DNA from: Draconibacterium orientale
GTDB taxonomy: Bacteria; Bacteroidota; Bacteroidia; Bacteroidales; UBA1556
Assembly: GCA_020718275.1 (NCBI GenBank)
Contig: DYSI01000005.1
Coordinates: 1-63,480, forward strand
DNA: 63,480 bases
Reading direction: 5' to 3'
The notes under the pieces were generated by a model. That model did no database searches. It had not been told where the DNA came from and was given only the letters and a program-made list of their open reading frames with translations. Positions 60,729 through 63,480 of this stretch are shown here, piece by piece. The stretch's first letter is position 1, and every line of letters begins with the position of its first letter. The translations under genes were made by a program, and so were the position numbers.

Positions 60729-62966
60729 TTAGTCAATACGGTATATTTTATCAATTCCTTGTACTTGGTACAATTTATTGATAATGTGATTGAGTTGATT
60801 GATATCACTAACATATAAAGTGGCTTGGCCGTCGAATAAATCTTGATTAGTTTGGATGCTGAATGATCGAATATTGATACCCATTTCACCAGTAAGAATA
60901 TTGATAATTTCTTTGATTAATCCAAACTTATCATTGCCATAAATTCTAATACCGGTCAAGAATTGTAGGTCTCCTTTTTCGCGCCATTTTGCCTTGATTA
61001 TATTGTTTCCATATTTTGACATGAGGTCTGAAGCGGTAGCACAAATGGTTCTGTGAATGGTTATTACACTATCTTTTTCGATAAAACCAATTACATCATC
61101 TCCTGGAATGGGTTTACAACACTGGGCAATATTTACTTGTGCATGATCGTATTTCTTCGAGAGCAGTAGTCCATCAGGCTTTTTCGATAATTGGGTTCTG
61201 ATTTCGTTGGAAAGGGTTTTGTCCTCTACTTTTGGTTTTCTTGAAAATGGGTTTAAGTATTTTATCCAGCGGTTTTGATCCCGATGAAATTTCATAAACT
61301 CCATTAGGTCATCAGCGGTGAAAGTGTTTTTTGCCACTCTTACGAAAAGCTCCGATTCGTCTTGTATACCAGCGAATTTGTTGAGTTCCTTCAAAAGCGA
61401 TTCGTTGCAATCGAGATTATTTTTCTTACAGAGTTCCAAAAACGTCTCCTTGCCTTTGGTTATTAGTGTTTTGCGTTCAGCTTTCAGCGCATTTTTAATC
61501 TTTGATTTGGCTCGAGCAGTAGTAGCCCAACCCATCCATTCCTCCTTAGGAATTTGCTTGCTCGAAGTTAGAATCTCCACCTGATCGCCACTATTTAATT
61601 GGTGGTTTAGCGGCACTAATTGATTGTTGATTTTTGCGCCTATTGCTTTTTGACCAATATGGGAGTGAATAGTGAAGGCAAAATCAATAACGGTTGAGTG
61701 GGTGGGCATGGTTTTTATTTCACCTTTTGGGGTGAAAACATAGATCTCGTCCGAAAATAGATTGAGTTTAAAATCGTCTAAGAAATCCAAGGCGTCAGAG
61801 TCGGGGTTTTGTAACAATTCTCGAATCTTCGATAGCCATTCGTCTAAACCACCATCTGTTTTTGTTTTACCCTTGTATTTCCAATGGGCAGCATAGCCTT
61901 TTTCGGCTATTTCATCCATTCGAGTACTCCTTATCTGCACTTCAACCCATTTTCCGCTTTTACTCATCACAGTGGTATGCAATGCCTCATATCCATTGGC
62001 CTTAGGTACCGAAATCCAATCTCTAAAGCGGTCATGCTTTGGAATGTAGATATCGGTAATGGCTGAATAAGTTTTCCAGCAAACTAGTTTTTCATCTTTG
62101 AGTTCACTTTCTAAAATGATTCGTACTGCAAAAAGATCGTAGACCTGTTCAAAGTCAACTTTTTTATTTTGCATCTTTTGCCAAATTGAGCTGATAGACT
62201 TATTGCGATAAAGGATTTTATAATGGAGATCCTCGGCACTAAGTTTTCTTTTTATTGGTTGTATAAATTTGGTAATAAAGACATTACGGTCGAATTGTGT
62301 ATACTCAAGTTTTTCGTTAATGATGCGATAGGCGTCAGGGTTTTTGTATTTCAAAACAAGGTCTTCCATCTCGCTTTTAATGGTAAACAGACCGAGGCGA
62401 TGAGCGAGCGGGGCATAAAGAATACTGGTTTCGCTACTTATCTTCATCTGCTTTTCGTGCGACATCGATTCTAAGGTGCGCATATTGTGCAAACGGTCGG
62501 CAAGTTTTATCAAAATTACGCGTACATCATCGGCTAAGGTGAGTAATATTTTTCTGAAATTTTCTGCCTGAAGTGAATCCGACTGCGAAAAGATACCAGA
62601 TATTTTGGTGAGTCCGTCAACAATTTTCGCAACCTTTTTGCCAAATAATCCCTCAATATCTTTAATGGTGTACTCTGTATCTTCTACCACATCATGTAGT
62701 AAAGCGCAAATTATGGAGGTGGTTTTTAGTCCAATATCTTTGGTGGCAATTAATGCAACTTCCATAGGATGAAGAATATATGGCTCTCCACTTTTTCTTC
62801 GCATTCCTTGGTGTGCATTTAAGGCAAAGTCAAAGGCTTTACGTATTTTCTTTCTGCGAAGTGGATCTTCGATGGCACTAGCCCGGATTATTTGAACGTA
62901 TTTGTTTTTGATAATTCGAGATTCTTCTTCCGTAAACTGCTCTATGCCGATGGTCTTCTGATTCAA
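60729..62966 (-). CDS. Long RSH bifunctional (p)ppGpp synthetase/hydrolase (Rel/SpoT)
   Basis: RKSGEPYI.HP, intact HDVVED, KLADRLHNMRT, DLFAVR, NGYE.LHT, EVQIR, TGS, CC.P.PGD, ACT; TTG start. Confidence 0.95.
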   Translation of the reverse strand: MNQKTIGIEQFTEEESRIIKNKYVQIIRASAIEDPLRRKKIRKAFDFALNAHQGMRRKSGEPYILHPMEVALIATKDIGLKTTSIICALLHDVVEDTEYTIKDIEGLFGKKVAKIVDGLTKISGIFSQSDSLQAENFRKILLTLADDVRVILIKLADRLHNMRTLESMSHEKQMKISSETSILYAPLAHRLGLFTIKSEMEDLVLKYKNPDAYRIINEKLEYTQFDRNVFITKFIQPIKRKLSAEDLHYKILYRNKSISSIWQKMQNKKVDFEQVYDLFAVRIILESELKDEKLVCWKTYSAITDIYIPKHDRFRDWISVPKANGYEALHTTVMSKSGKWVEVQIRSTRMDEIAEKGYAAHWKYKGKTKTDGGLDEWLSKIRELLQNPDSDALDFLDDFKLNLFSDEIYVFTPKGEIKTMPTHSTVIDFAFTIHSHIGQKAIGAKINNQLVPLNHQLNSGDQVEILTSSKQIPKEEWMGWATTARAKSKIKNALKAERKTLITKGKETFLELCKKNNLDCNESLLKELNKFAGIQDESELFVRVAKNTFTADDLMEFMKFHRDQNRWIKYLNPFSRKPKVEDKTLSNEIRTQLSKKPDGLLLSKKYDHAQVNIAQCCKPIPGDDVIGFIEKDSVITIHRTICATASDLMSKYGNNIIKAKWREKGDLQFLTGIRIYGNDKFGLIKEIINILTGEMGINIRSFSIQTNQDLFDGQATLYVSDINQLNHIINKLYQVQGIDKIYRID

Positions 62967-63362
62967 GTTGCTATGTCAATTAGTTAATGAAATTGCTTGT
63001 TATTTGGAATGCTAAAATAGGAAAAATAACTGCTTAGACCAAAGAATTGTATTAAATTTTAAGTCTGTGTAGTTGATCAAACACTGCAAAACTTGTTTTT
63101 ACCATTGGTTTTTTTTCTTTAATTAGTTTCTGAAAATTATATTTCTGTTCATAATTGGTCTTGTTTAAATACTTTAGGCGTTGATTTACATGTATTTATG
63201 TATAATTTTGATGTGTAAATATTAACTTAATAATATATATTAGTCTTTTTATGTTGAAAGGGTAAAAAAAAACAGTTCTTTTACCTTTTTATTTTTAATT
63301 TTGAATTTTCAATCTAATAAATACAATTGCATTAGTTCATTAAATCTTAATCAATACTTAAC

Positions 63363-63480
63363 ATGAAACATTTCTTACTTTCCCTGGTACTGATTGCTGC
63401 GTTCTTTTTTAATCAAGTACAAGCGCAATCCATCGTTTTACAACAGGATTTTGAAGCAGCCCCCACGAATTTGACTTCTA
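63363..63480 (+). CDS. 5' end of a secreted protein (partial)
   Basis: MKHFLLSLVLIAAFFFNQVQA-QSIVLQQDFE...: signal peptide with Gln at +1; open to the window edge. Confidence 0.7.
   Translation, partial: MKHFLLSLVLIAAFFFNQVQAQSIVLQQDFEAAPTNLTS

Noticed and set aside
62967-63362. 396-bp very AT-rich gap
   Set aside because: Consistent with a divergent promoter region; no convincing ORF, repeat or stable structure seen

Overview
AT-rich chromosomal window from a Bacteroidota, most likely Bacteroidales-like, bacterium. The evidence is TAnnTTTG -7 promoter elements, SD-less AT-rich leaders, gldB, a type-B T9SS cargo protein and the coaX-OMP-TPR-lptC-CBS-ppiD cluster. It is almost all core genome: about 47 CDS (valS, aspS, alaS, fmt, purD, upp, rnhB, pckA, mqnE, lpxK, waaA, lptC, ribH, coaX, uvrD/pcrA, rlmH, rel, HU and others), one tRNA-Phe and several intrinsic terminators. 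I see no rRNA, CRISPR array, transposase, integrase or prophage gene. I cannot show a new system from sequence alone. The best lead is the 900-bp uvrD-waaA gap. It holds an unannotated 28-aa hydrophobic ORF with a perfect -7 element, an upstream multi-hairpin element and a + strand terminator that neither flanking gene explains. Other leads are a sigma54-type, Shine-Dalgarno-led hsp20, a hybrid kinase with a degenerate ATP-binding domain, and a beta-propeller/Omp85 fusion with an apparently inactive peptidase-like domain. All product calls come from motif recognition, not database searches.
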